A DNA stretch of 64,000 nt from an uncultured Mycoplasmatota bacterium (GTDB lineage Bacteria; Bacillota_I; Bacilli_A; RF39; UBA660), in assembly GCA_900547465.1 (NCBI GenBank), contig URHJ01000002.1, positions 12,280 through 76,279 on the forward strand, in the 5' to 3' direction. Positions 38,641 through 47,431 of this stretch are shown piece by piece. The notes below the pieces were generated by a model. That model saw nothing but the letters and a program-made list of their open reading frames with translations, did no database searches and was not told where the DNA came from. The translations under genes and the position numbers were made by a program. Numbering within the stretch: position 1 is the stretch's first letter; every line of letters begins with the position of its first letter.

Positions 38641-39471
38641 ATGGTAAAATTAATTGAATATTTGCTTCTTGGAATATTACAAGGTATTACAGAACCTATT
38701 CCAGTATCTAGTAGTGGGCATTTATTAATATTACAAACTATAATTGAAAAATTCCATCAAGGTTTGGATATTAATTTTGAAGTTTTAGCGACTATTACAA
38801 ATTTTGGTAGTTTGATTGCTATTATCATTATATTTTGGAAAGATATTGTTAGTTTGGTTGAATCATTCTTTAAATATATTTTCAAAAAAGATAGAAGTAA
38901 GAAAGTTTCTAACGATTTTAGTTATTGTTTAAAAATAATTATTGCAACTATTCCAGCAGGAGTTATGGGACTTGTTGTGACTAAGTTAGGACTTTTAGCT
39001 AAATTAGAAGAGAATGTAAAATTTATTGGTTTAATGTTACTTTTGACAGCTCTTTTCTTATTTTTAATTAGAAACTTTAAAGGAAAAAAGGATAGAGACA
39101 AAATTACATTTATGGATTCAGTGGTAGTGGGTTTATGTCAAATGATTAGTATAATTCCTGGCATTAGTCGTTCTGGAGCAACTATTGTAGGTGGTATGTT
39201 TAGGAATATAAAAAGAGAAAGTGCATTTAATTTCTCATTTATATTGTATATTCCAATTTCTATTGCTACATCTATTTTAGGGGTTAAAGATTTATTTGAT
39301 ATGACTATTTCAACTGGTGATATGATTCTATATATTATCGCAGCACTTATGGCTTTAATATTTACATATATCTTTACTAAATGGTTTAGTAAAATTGTTA
39401 AAGAAGGAAAGTTAATTTATTTTTCTATCTATTGTGTAATTTTAGGATTTATAGTTATTTTATTCTTATAA
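38641..39471 (+). CDS. uppP: Undecaprenyl-diphosphatase
   Basis: GILQGITEPIPVSSSGHL and PGISRSGATI. Confidence 0.9.
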   Translation: MVKLIEYLLLGILQGITEPIPVSSSGHLLILQTIIEKFHQGLDINFEVLATITNFGSLIAIIIIFWKDIVSLVESFFKYIFKKDRSKKVSNDFSYCLKIIIATIPAGVMGLVVTKLGLLAKLEENVKFIGLMLLLTALFLFLIRNFKGKKDRDKITFMDSVVVGLCQMISIIPGISRSGATIVGGMFRNIKRESAFNFSFILYIPISIATSILGVKDLFDMTISTGDMILYIIAALMALIFTYIFTKWFSKIVKEGKLIYFSIYCVILGFIVILFL

Positions 39472-39740
39472 TAAAGATATTAATTACAGTACTTATTTTT
39501 AGTGCTGTTTTTTTGTTTGATAATATTCTAAATTATATTTTTAAGTTAAACAATTATAACTATAAAAATATGTCTTTTGTATAATGATAGTTTACATAAA
39601 TATTGATGAACTAGGCAAATCGTGATATAGTGAAAATAGAGATAAATATTTCAAAAATATTAGATATTATGCGGAATATTAGTGGTAAAAGAAGTAGCTA
39701 TTTAGTAAATAAAAAATTAATAATACATATAGAGGTTATT

Positions 39741-41939
39741 ATGAAATACGTAAGTGGAGAACAATTTTTAAATAAATTATATAGTGATATGTATCTAGAA
39801 GATATAGTGTCTTGTAAAACTTTTAATGGAGATACACCTGAAGATAAGATTGAAAAGTATATAACCAGAATTGAAAATGTTCATAATATTGCTAAGTTAT
39901 CTAAACATAAAATGGAGTTACTTAAGACATTCTATTATAATAAATATATAATTAAAGAACTTCCGGAAAATTATATTAGATTACAACGAAGAATAGCTTC
40001 AAAGAATGGCATTGATCATATAGATTTAGATGCACTGTTACTATATGTTCAAAATGAACAAAAATCATCTCTTGATAAATGGATTGATTATTTATCTAGT
40101 AATCCACTAGGTTATCCTACATGGTTTCAGGTTTATGTTTTTAGAGGTGTTGTTAGATTAAATAGTTTTGATAAGAAACAACAATCATTTGGCAAAAGAA
40201 CTAGTACAACAATTTCACCATATATAGAATTAAATGAAGGAGTTTTGGAACAAGTTTATAATACATTATCAAGTATAATAGGTGTTGATAGAAAATTAAC
40301 GGAAGAAGAAGTAAAAGCATTAAATAACGGGGAAAGTTTTAAAAAATTATATACACATTATTTACTTAATAGTATTGATTTTGAAAAATACGAAGATATT
40401 GATGGATGCTGGATAAAATATGAACAGGGTAGTAATTATAGAAAAATGCTTGATTCTATAAAAAATAAGCAAACTGGATGGTGTATTGATTCTGATGTTA
40501 CATGCAAGAAAGAACTAGATGATGGTGATTTTTACATCTATTATACAAAAGATAAAAATCATGAATTTACTATTCCACGTATAGCTATTAGGATGAAAGG
40601 TAAAAAAATAATAATTGAAGTAAGAGGAATTGCTCCTAAGCAAGGCTTAGAAAAAAATATGAGTGGTATTGCCTATGAAAAAGCTTCATATCTTATTAAT
40701 AGTAATAGTTATAATAAAAGAATAAATGATATGAACAAATTGTCTAGAATTGCTTATAAAACTAACTTAAACCAAGGATTGACAATAGATGAATTAAGAT
40801 TTTTATATGAGATAGGCTCTAAAATTGAAGATTTTAATTTAGAACGTGATCCGAGAATTGAAAAGATAAAAAAACAGCGTAATATAAAGAAAGATCTAGC
40901 CTTAATTTTTAAATGTAAACCTTGTAATATAGCTGATAAAATTTCAGATTTTTATGGCGATAATGAGATAATTGCTTTTACTGGAAATTTAAAAGTAGAT
41001 TCAACATCAGTTCCCAAAGAATTGAAGTACTTGAAATATATAGCTGGTTGGACTGATTTTTCAAACTTATGTGATACTGATGGTTTAGAGAATCTTGCAT
41101 ATATAGGTGGAAGTGCTATGTTTTCTCAAACAATTAGTGCTAGGGGTTTAAAGAATCTTAGATATATTGGTGGTAATTGTTCTTTTTCTCTATTAAGAAA
41201 TGCGAATGGTTTAGAAAATTTGCAAAGAATATATGGTAGTGCTGATTTTTCGAATCTAATAGATGCTAGGGGATTAAAGAGTCTTGAAATAATTAAGAAT
41301 AATGCATATTTTTCTGAATTAGAAGATACAAAAGGTTTAAATAAACTAAGGTATATAGGAAGAATAGCTAAGTTTCCAAAAGTTACAGATGCATCAGGTT
41401 TAGTATCACTTTCCTATATAGGTGGTAGAACAGATTTTTCTTTTTTAAAGAATTCTTATGGTTTAGAAAAACTAAGATATATTGGTGAAGATGCCTATTT
41501 TCTTTTTTTAGAAGATGCAAGTTCGCTATATAGTTTGGAAACTATATCTGGTCGGGCCAATTTTCCGGCCCTAAAAAACTCTGCAGGTTTAAATAATCTT
41601 CAAAATATAGGTGGGGATGCTTCTTATTCTAGTTTGGAAGAAACTAACTGTTTAACTAAGCTTATCTATATAGGTGGAAGTGCTTGTTTTTCTGAAGTTA
41701 AAAGTGCCAATGGTCTTATAAATTTGCAATATATAGGAGTAGATGCTTTATTTCATAATTTAAACGATGCCTCAGACTTACACAATTTAAATTATATTGG
41801 TAATATTGGATGTTTTGATAATTTGAGTGATTTACATGGGTTAGAAAACTTAATTAATTTAGGTATGAAACTTAGAATTCACAATAATGATATAGATAAA
41901 TTGCAACCACAAATAAAAGAGAAGGTTTTAATACTTTGA
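39741..41939 (+). CDS. Signal-peptide-less protein: uncharacterised roughly 430-aa N-terminal region plus about 14 tandem 21-aa LRR-like (BspA/LRR_5-like) repeats
   Basis: The ATG at 39741 lies 5 nt after RBS AGAGG. The repeat consensus is L.NL.YIGG.A.FS.L.DA.G. No hydrophobic N-terminus and no P-loop were seen. Confidence 0.7.
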   Translation: MKYVSGEQFLNKLYSDMYLEDIVSCKTFNGDTPEDKIEKYITRIENVHNIAKLSKHKMELLKTFYYNKYIIKELPENYIRLQRRIASKNGIDHIDLDALLLYVQNEQKSSLDKWIDYLSSNPLGYPTWFQVYVFRGVVRLNSFDKKQQSFGKRTSTTISPYIELNEGVLEQVYNTLSSIIGVDRKLTEEEVKALNNGESFKKLYTHYLLNSIDFEKYEDIDGCWIKYEQGSNYRKMLDSIKNKQTGWCIDSDVTCKKELDDGDFYIYYTKDKNHEFTIPRIAIRMKGKKIIIEVRGIAPKQGLEKNMSGIAYEKASYLINSNSYNKRINDMNKLSRIAYKTNLNQGLTIDELRFLYEIGSKIEDFNLERDPRIEKIKKQRNIKKDLALIFKCKPCNIADKISDFYGDNEIIAFTGNLKVDSTSVPKELKYLKYIAGWTDFSNLCDTDGLENLAYIGGSAMFSQTISARGLKNLRYIGGNCSFSLLRNANGLENLQRIYGSADFSNLIDARGLKSLEIIKNNAYFSELEDTKGLNKLRYIGRIAKFPKVTDASGLVSLSYIGGRTDFSFLKNSYGLEKLRYIGEDAYFLFLEDASSLYSLETISGRANFPALKNSAGLNNLQNIGGDASYSSLEETNCLTKLIYIGGSACFSEVKSANGLINLQYIGVDALFHNLNDASDLHNLNYIGNIGCFDNLSDLHGLENLINLGMKLRIHNNDIDKLQPQIKEKVLIL
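41022..41903 (+). repeat. Coding tandem repeat array, about 14 units of 63 bp (21-aa LRR-like units)
   Basis: A 63-bp periodicity is visible in the translation (LENLAYIGGSAMFSQTISARG / LKNLRYIGGNCSFSLLRNANG / ...). Confidence 0.8.
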
Positions 41940-41987
41940 CAACCATAGTTAAAAATGCTATATTTAGCTATAGTTAGGAGAATTAAT

Positions 41988-42725
41988 ATGTTATATAATA
42001 TATGTCATTTGTTTATATTTTTTCTAATATATTCTTTTATTGGATATTTAGTAGAAGTTTGTTTTTGTTCTTTTCATCAAAAAAAATTAGTTTTAAATAG
42101 AGGATTTTTAATTGGTCCTTATTTACCTATATATGGTAGTAGTGTAGTTCTTATGTATTATTCATTACAAAAATATGCTGATGATCCAGTTGCTTTATTT
42201 GCAATGTCAATGATTATTTGTTCTGTTATGGAATATTTAACTAGTCTTATATTGGAGAAAATATTTAAAGTACGTTGGTGGGATTATTCTCATATGAAAT
42301 TTAATGTAGATGGGCGAATTTGTCTTTCTAATTCAATAATGTTTGGACTTGGTAGTTTAGGATTGTTTTATCTTATAAATCCATTTGTAATGGGATTTGT
42401 TGATAGTATTCCAAAAACTTTATTTATTATAATTTCTATTATATTATTTATAGTCTTTATTACTGATTTAGTTTTATCTATAATTGTTTTAGTTCAATTA
42501 AAAGTATCATCTAGAAGTTTTGTTTCAAAAGATGTATCAGAAGAGATTATTGAGCTTCGTAATGAATTATTAAAGAAGAATTCTTTCTTATCAGCTCGTT
42601 TACTTAATGCATTTAATGCAATGTCAGGTAAGAACATGGATAGATATTTAGAAATGAAAAAGGATATTAATGATTTCAGAAAGAAGTTAAAAGAATCAAG
42701 GAAAGAAGCAAAAAAGAGAAAATAA
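41988..42725 (+). CDS. Polytopic membrane protein, putative ABC-transporter type IV (CmpB/DUF1113-like)
   Basis: FFLIYSFIGYLVEV...NRGFLIGPYLPIYGS and RWWDYS. The ATG at 41988 follows RBS AGGAG. Confidence 0.55.
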   Translation: MLYNICHLFIFFLIYSFIGYLVEVCFCSFHQKKLVLNRGFLIGPYLPIYGSSVVLMYYSLQKYADDPVALFAMSMIICSVMEYLTSLILEKIFKVRWWDYSHMKFNVDGRICLSNSIMFGLGSLGLFYLINPFVMGFVDSIPKTLFIIISIILFIVFITDLVLSIIVLVQLKVSSRSFVSKDVSEEIIELRNELLKKNSFLSARLLNAFNAMSGKNMDRYLEMKKDINDFRKKLKESRKEAKKRK

Positions 42726-42728
42726 TTT

Positions 42729-43400
42729 TCAATTTTCTCTTTTTGTTTGTAATCTTCCATTTACTAAGTGATAAATAACATCACATTTTTCTTTAACATC
42801 TTTAGAATGTGAAATAATAATGACACATTTATTATCTTTGTGTGCTATATCTAATAATAAATCAATTATTTCATCTTCCATTTCTGGATCTAAGTTTCCT
42901 GTTGGTTCATCAGCTAGAATTATATCCGAATCATATGATAGAGCACGAGCTATTGCAACTCTTTGTTGCTCACCACCAGATAATTGTAAGACACGTCTAT
43001 TCATTAATTCTTCACTCAATCCAACTTTTTTTAATAGAGTTTGGGCTTTTTTCTTTCTGTCCTTTACTTTTAAATTACTTATATCCATAGATAATATAAC
43101 ATTTTCTATTGCGGTTAATTGTGGTAATAAGTTGTATGCCTGAAAAATGATTCCTATTTCATTACATCTGTATTTATCTAAATTCATTTTATTTAATGGA
43201 TTTCCTTTATAATAAATATTTCCGTAGGTAGTAGTTTCTAATCCAGCAAGTAGGGAAAGAAGAGTGTTTTTTCCGGCACCACTTCTACCAAAAATTCCAT
43301 ATAATACTCCAGGGGTAAAGTCCATATTTATGTCTTTTAGAACAAATTTCTTTTTATCATAAGTAAATGATAAATTGTCCATTGTTAATATATTTTCCAT
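42729..43400 (-). CDS. ABC transporter ATP-binding protein (MacB/LolD/FtsE-type)
   Basis: Walker A GRSGAGKNT, Q-loop, signature LSGGEQQR, Walker B ILADEPTGNLD and H-loop ISHS. Confidence 0.9.
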   Translation of the reverse strand: MENILTMDNLSFTYDKKKFVLKDINMDFTPGVLYGIFGRSGAGKNTLLSLLAGLETTTYGNIYYKGNPLNKMNLDKYRCNEIGIIFQAYNLLPQLTAIENVILSMDISNLKVKDRKKKAQTLLKKVGLSEELMNRRVLQLSGGEQQRVAIARALSYDSDIILADEPTGNLDPEMEDEIIDLLLDIAHKDNKCVIIISHSKDVKEKCDVIYHLVNGRLQTKREN

Positions 43401-43411
43401 TATCTTCTCCT

Positions 43412-44895
43412 TTATAGTCTATTTTGTAATATTTTATTTGGATTATATTTATTGATTATAATTGATACTGTTGCTGTGCTAACTAGAGTTAATAAAATAC
43501 TTACACCAAATAGTTCTAATATTGTTAGAAAATCAATTTTTACTTTTAAGCTATCTACATAAGTTGTTGTTTTATCTTGTTTCATATTTTTTTTTTTTTA
43601 CCTTTAAAATCATCTTTTTGAATTTGTTCAGATGGCCTTTCCATGTTACTTCCTCCAAAATTTTTCTCTAAATTATCTGTTTTTTCTTGATATGAAGATA
43701 TCTCACTAGAAAGAATTTTATCTGTAACTGGTTGGCTTAGTATTATACCAATTGTTGTACCAACTATTAATGAAAATAAGGCTATAATAAATGTTTCACA
43801 CATTAATTGTAAAGTTACTTTTAATTTTGACATTCCAATAGCTCTTAAAACACCGATTTCGTATTTTCTATCTCTTATATTTAAAACATTAATGATAGTT
43901 AGGATTATTGTTCCTAGAGTTAATACTACTATCAAGAAATTTAGAGAAAATGTTTTAATATTATTTATTGGCTTTAATGTTTCTGAAATTTCATTTTCAT
44001 TCGTACCAACGTTATAGTACTTTGAAAGTCCTTTATTTTTTACTTCTTTCTCAAACTTTTTTAAATCACTGTTTTTATTTAAGTAAAATTTAGCTTGAAG
44101 TCCATTGGAATCTATTAATTTATCATTGTCGTTATCTTGTTTTTCTAAAATATTTTCTATGCTTGATAGGTTTGCGTATATTTGATTAGCTTCATTTAAA
44201 GCATTTATTTGCATAAAATTATTATCACTTTGTTCATTTGTGCTAGAATAAATACCTATTACTTTATAAGTAAATGTTTCTTCTTCATTATCAGATAGGG
44301 TAAATATCACTTCATCACCAACTTTTAAGTTATTAGTACTGGCTAGAGAGGAAGAAATAACTATTTCATTTTCATTACTTGATCCTGTTACCATTTTTCC
44401 AGAAGTGATTTTTTTATTTCCATCTGTAAAGTCTGATAAGTAGGCAAAATTTGAATATGCTGTTATTCTAAAGTCTCCCATATTGAGTTTCTTTTTCTCT
44501 TCGTTTTGATCAGAAGGTTTATCTTCTTCATCGTTTAAAGGCTTTTTATTATCTTCAACTGGATTAATACTGTCAGATGACAAGTTAGCTTCTAGTGTGT
44601 AGTAATAGTCCTTTATTAAGCTACTATTTGCATAATTTTTAATATCGTCTACAGATATAGATGAAAATGATGATTTTTCTTCATCACTAGCTGATCTTAA
44701 TTTTTGCATATCTAGATTAAGACTAACCTCTAAAGAGTTTGTTTTCTTATACGTTGTAACTAAATTAGTTCCAGCTTTGTAAATTGAGAGAGTTATACAA
44801 GAACAAATTGTAATTACTGTAATAATAATACAAATTAATATGTTTTTACTTTTGTTTCTAGTGGTGTTTTTAACTGCATTTTTTAAAATGTACAT
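43412..44895 (-). pseudogene. FtsX/MacB-type ABC permease interrupted by a frameshift in an A13 tract (437-aa ORF 43582..44895 plus 57-aa ORF 43412..43585)
   Basis: The long ORF carries TM1, a large extracytoplasmic domain, TM2 and TM3 (RKYEIGVLRAIGMSK...) and ends KGKKKKI-stop at the homopolymer (43587-43599). The overlapping ATGA ORF supplies the missing TM4 and C-terminus (...FLTILELFGVSILLTLVSTATVSIIINKYNPNKILQNRL). Confidence 0.75.
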
Positions 44896-45071
44896 AATAT
44901 TTTTCTCCTTTCTTTGTACATAAAAATCATATGATAAGATTGTGAAAGAAGAGTGATAAGAGTGTGTTAATTTTGTGAAAAAATTAATGTAAAGTAATTG
45001 TTATTTAATTGATTTATTTTAAGGATAATGCTAGACTTAAACTGTAGAGTATGGAAATATAGGAGGAAGAT

Positions 45072-46445
45072 ATGAAATATAAAAATGATATTAATAAAAA
45101 TATATTTAGAGGATACGATATAAGGGGGATTTACCCAACTGAAATAGACGAAGATACTGCTTATACTATAGGTCTTGGTTTTGGTAGTTATATTAGGAGT
45201 ATAGGAAAAGAAAAATGTGTAGTGGGACATGATAACAGATTATCAAGTGATTCTTTATATAGTGCTTTAATACAAGGAATAAAAGAGACAGGAATAAATA
45301 TTATTTCATTAGGTTTATGTACTACACCAATGTATTATTATGCCTGTATTAAACTAAAAGTATATAGTGGTGTTATGGTTACTGCTAGTCATAATCCTAA
45401 AGATGATAATGGATTTAAGTTTGCCTTTGATGAGTCTGGTAATTGTAAAGGTCAAGAAATTCAAGATTTTCTAGCTTATATTTTAAAGGGAGACTTTTCT
45501 AAAGGTGAAGGTAGTGTAGAAGAATATGATATAGAACCTGATTATATTGAACTATTTAGAAATAATTTTACATTTGGAAAAAGAAGAGTAAAAGTTGTTT
45601 TAGATCCTGGAAATGGTACGACAAGTATAATTATGAAAAAGTTATATGAGATGTTTCCAATTGATATTATTACAATCAATGATGTTAGTGATGGTCATTT
45701 TCCAAATCATCACCCAGATCCATGTGTTGAAGCTAATTTAGAGCAATTAAAGAAAAAAGTAATAGAGACTAATGCTGATATTGGACTTTCTTTTGATGGA
45801 GATGGGGATAGAATGGGAATGGTTTCTAATACTGCTAAATTTATTCCAACAGATTATTATATGATAATGGTTATTAGAGATATTATTAATAAAGTTTCTA
45901 AGAAAGAGTTCTTATATGATGTTAAATGTTCTAAATCTCTATCAGATGAAATTGAAAAATTAGGTGGAGTAGGAATTTGTTATAGAACTGGTAACTCTTA
46001 TACTAAAGCAGCTGTTAGAGATAAGGATTTACCATTCGGAGGAGAATTATCCGGACATGTATATTATAGAGATAGATGGCCTGGTTTTGATTCTGGACTT
46101 TATGCAGGGCTTCGAATGTTAGAAATACTATCTAATACTGATAAAACGGTAGATGAGTTATTAGATGGAATTAATAGATACTATTCAACTGAAGAGTTAA
46201 AGTTCCCATCTAGTGATGATGTTAAGTTTGGTGTTGTATCTAAGGTTATGGAATATGCTAAAGAAAAGGATTATAAATACTTGGATATAGATGGTGTAAA
46301 AGTTTTATTTGACGATTCATGGGCGCTTGTTAGAGCTTCAAATACAGGACCTAATTTAACAGCAAGATTTGAAGCAAGTACTAAGGAAAGATTAGAAAGT
46401 ATTCAAAAAGAATTTACTGATTTAATAAATGAACTTAATAAATAA
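45072..46445 (+). CDS. Phosphoglucomutase/phosphomannomutase family protein
   Basis: Active-site loop TASHNPKDDNGFK, metal site FDGDGDR and sugar loop GELSGH. Confidence 0.85.
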   Translation: MKYKNDINKNIFRGYDIRGIYPTEIDEDTAYTIGLGFGSYIRSIGKEKCVVGHDNRLSSDSLYSALIQGIKETGINIISLGLCTTPMYYYACIKLKVYSGVMVTASHNPKDDNGFKFAFDESGNCKGQEIQDFLAYILKGDFSKGEGSVEEYDIEPDYIELFRNNFTFGKRRVKVVLDPGNGTTSIIMKKLYEMFPIDIITINDVSDGHFPNHHPDPCVEANLEQLKKKVIETNADIGLSFDGDGDRMGMVSNTAKFIPTDYYMIMVIRDIINKVSKKEFLYDVKCSKSLSDEIEKLGGVGICYRTGNSYTKAAVRDKDLPFGGELSGHVYYRDRWPGFDSGLYAGLRMLEILSNTDKTVDELLDGINRYYSTEELKFPSSDDVKFGVVSKVMEYAKEKDYKYLDIDGVKVLFDDSWALVRASNTGPNLTARFEASTKERLESIQKEFTDLINELNK

Positions 46446-46451
46446 TTATTC

Positions 46452-46483
46452 AAAGAAAAGATTGCTTTTATCTTTTCTTTTTT
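46452..46483 (+). terminator. Rho-independent terminator
   Basis: 11-bp stem aaagaaaagat/atcttttcttt plus T's. Confidence 0.7.
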
Positions 46484-46513
46484 GTGATATAATAAACAGC
46501 CAAGGGTGATGGT

Positions 46514-47350
46514 ATGCTAAATGATGATATAAAACTTGCACAAAAGATAGTACTTGGTACGCATAATAATATTAATAATAAAAACTCTTATGGAGATACT
46601 TCCTTTGTATATAAATTTTCTAATGAAGAAATATCGTCTTATCAAAAATATTTAGAAAACAGGAATGATATTCTTACTATAACGGCATCAGGTGATCAAA
46701 TCTTAAACAGTATTTTAGCAGGTTCTATTAATATTAAATCTTGTGATATAAGTAGATTTCCTAAATATTTCTTTGAACTTAAAAGAGCCGCTATACTTAA
46801 TTTAACAAAAGATGAATTTATTAACTTCTTTATTAATGAAAGTGATTATGATCAAATATTAAATGATGATATTTATGATGGATTTAGAACTAATTTAGAT
46901 AGTGATAGTAAATATTTTTGGGATAGTTTGTTTCAATTTTTTGATGGAGGAGAAATTTACGGTTCTACTTTATTTTCAAGAGAGGTTGTAACTAGTGATT
47001 CTGTTCAATCTAGAAATATGTATTTACAAGGATCTAATTATGAAACATTGAAAAAATTGATAGGTAAAGCTAATGTATTACATGAAGTTGGAGATATGAG
47101 AAAAATACTTTCTACTGATAGAGATGGTTATAATTTAGTTAATTTATCTAGTATAATATATTATGGATTTAGTGGTGCATCTGAGTATAAAAAATTACTT
47201 GAAGATATTAATCTGAATGATAATGGTATTGCTTTAACTTATTTATATAAACTTAGGGATAATATTAAAAACAATTTTACTGGTGATTCGTATACGTTTG
47301 ATATGTTTAAGTCTGGTGAAGGGGTTATGGTTTATAAAAAGCAAAAATAA
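46514..47350 (+). CDS. Hypothetical protein, DUF3419-like (BtaA-like SAM-binding family), tentative
   Basis: ILTITASGDQILNSIL...IKSCDISRFPKYFFELKRAAILNLTKDEFINFF...SKYFWD matches the DUF3419 pattern by eye. It is shorter than typical members. Confidence 0.4.
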   Translation: MLNDDIKLAQKIVLGTHNNINNKNSYGDTSFVYKFSNEEISSYQKYLENRNDILTITASGDQILNSILAGSINIKSCDISRFPKYFFELKRAAILNLTKDEFINFFINESDYDQILNDDIYDGFRTNLDSDSKYFWDSLFQFFDGGEIYGSTLFSREVVTSDSVQSRNMYLQGSNYETLKKLIGKANVLHEVGDMRKILSTDRDGYNLVNLSSIIYYGFSGASEYKKLLEDINLNDNGIALTYLYKLRDNIKNNFTGDSYTFDMFKSGEGVMVYKKQK

Positions 47351-47364
47351 TTTTATATGTAAAC

Positions 47365-47398
47365 AAATATCAAGTACTCTAGAAACTTGATATTTTTT
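47365..47398 (+). terminator. Rho-independent terminator
   Basis: aaatatcaagt-actctagaa-acttgatattt plus T's. The ORF-track start of the next gene (47387) lies inside it. Confidence 0.65.
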
Positions 47399-47431
47399 GT
47401 GATATATTTTTTATATAATAGGAGAGAGATT

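Noticed and set aside
41022-41903. Regular 63-bp DNA periodicity, considered as a possible CRISPR array or non-coding tandem repeat
   Set aside because: There is no repeat-spacer structure. The units are divergent at the DNA level, lie in one long open frame and translate to a coherent 21-aa LRR-like consensus.
42494-43143. Several ORFs antisense to or out of frame with the CmpB-like gene end and the ABC ATPase (42494..42760, 42820..43143, 42842..43090)
   Set aside because: The opposite-strand ABC ATPase has complete Walker A, signature, Walker B and H-loop motifs. These are shadow ORFs.
44967-45230. 87-aa minus-strand ORF spanning the PGM/PMM promoter and start region
   Set aside because: It overlaps the start of a well-supported gene and its RBS, and its translation is low-complexity.
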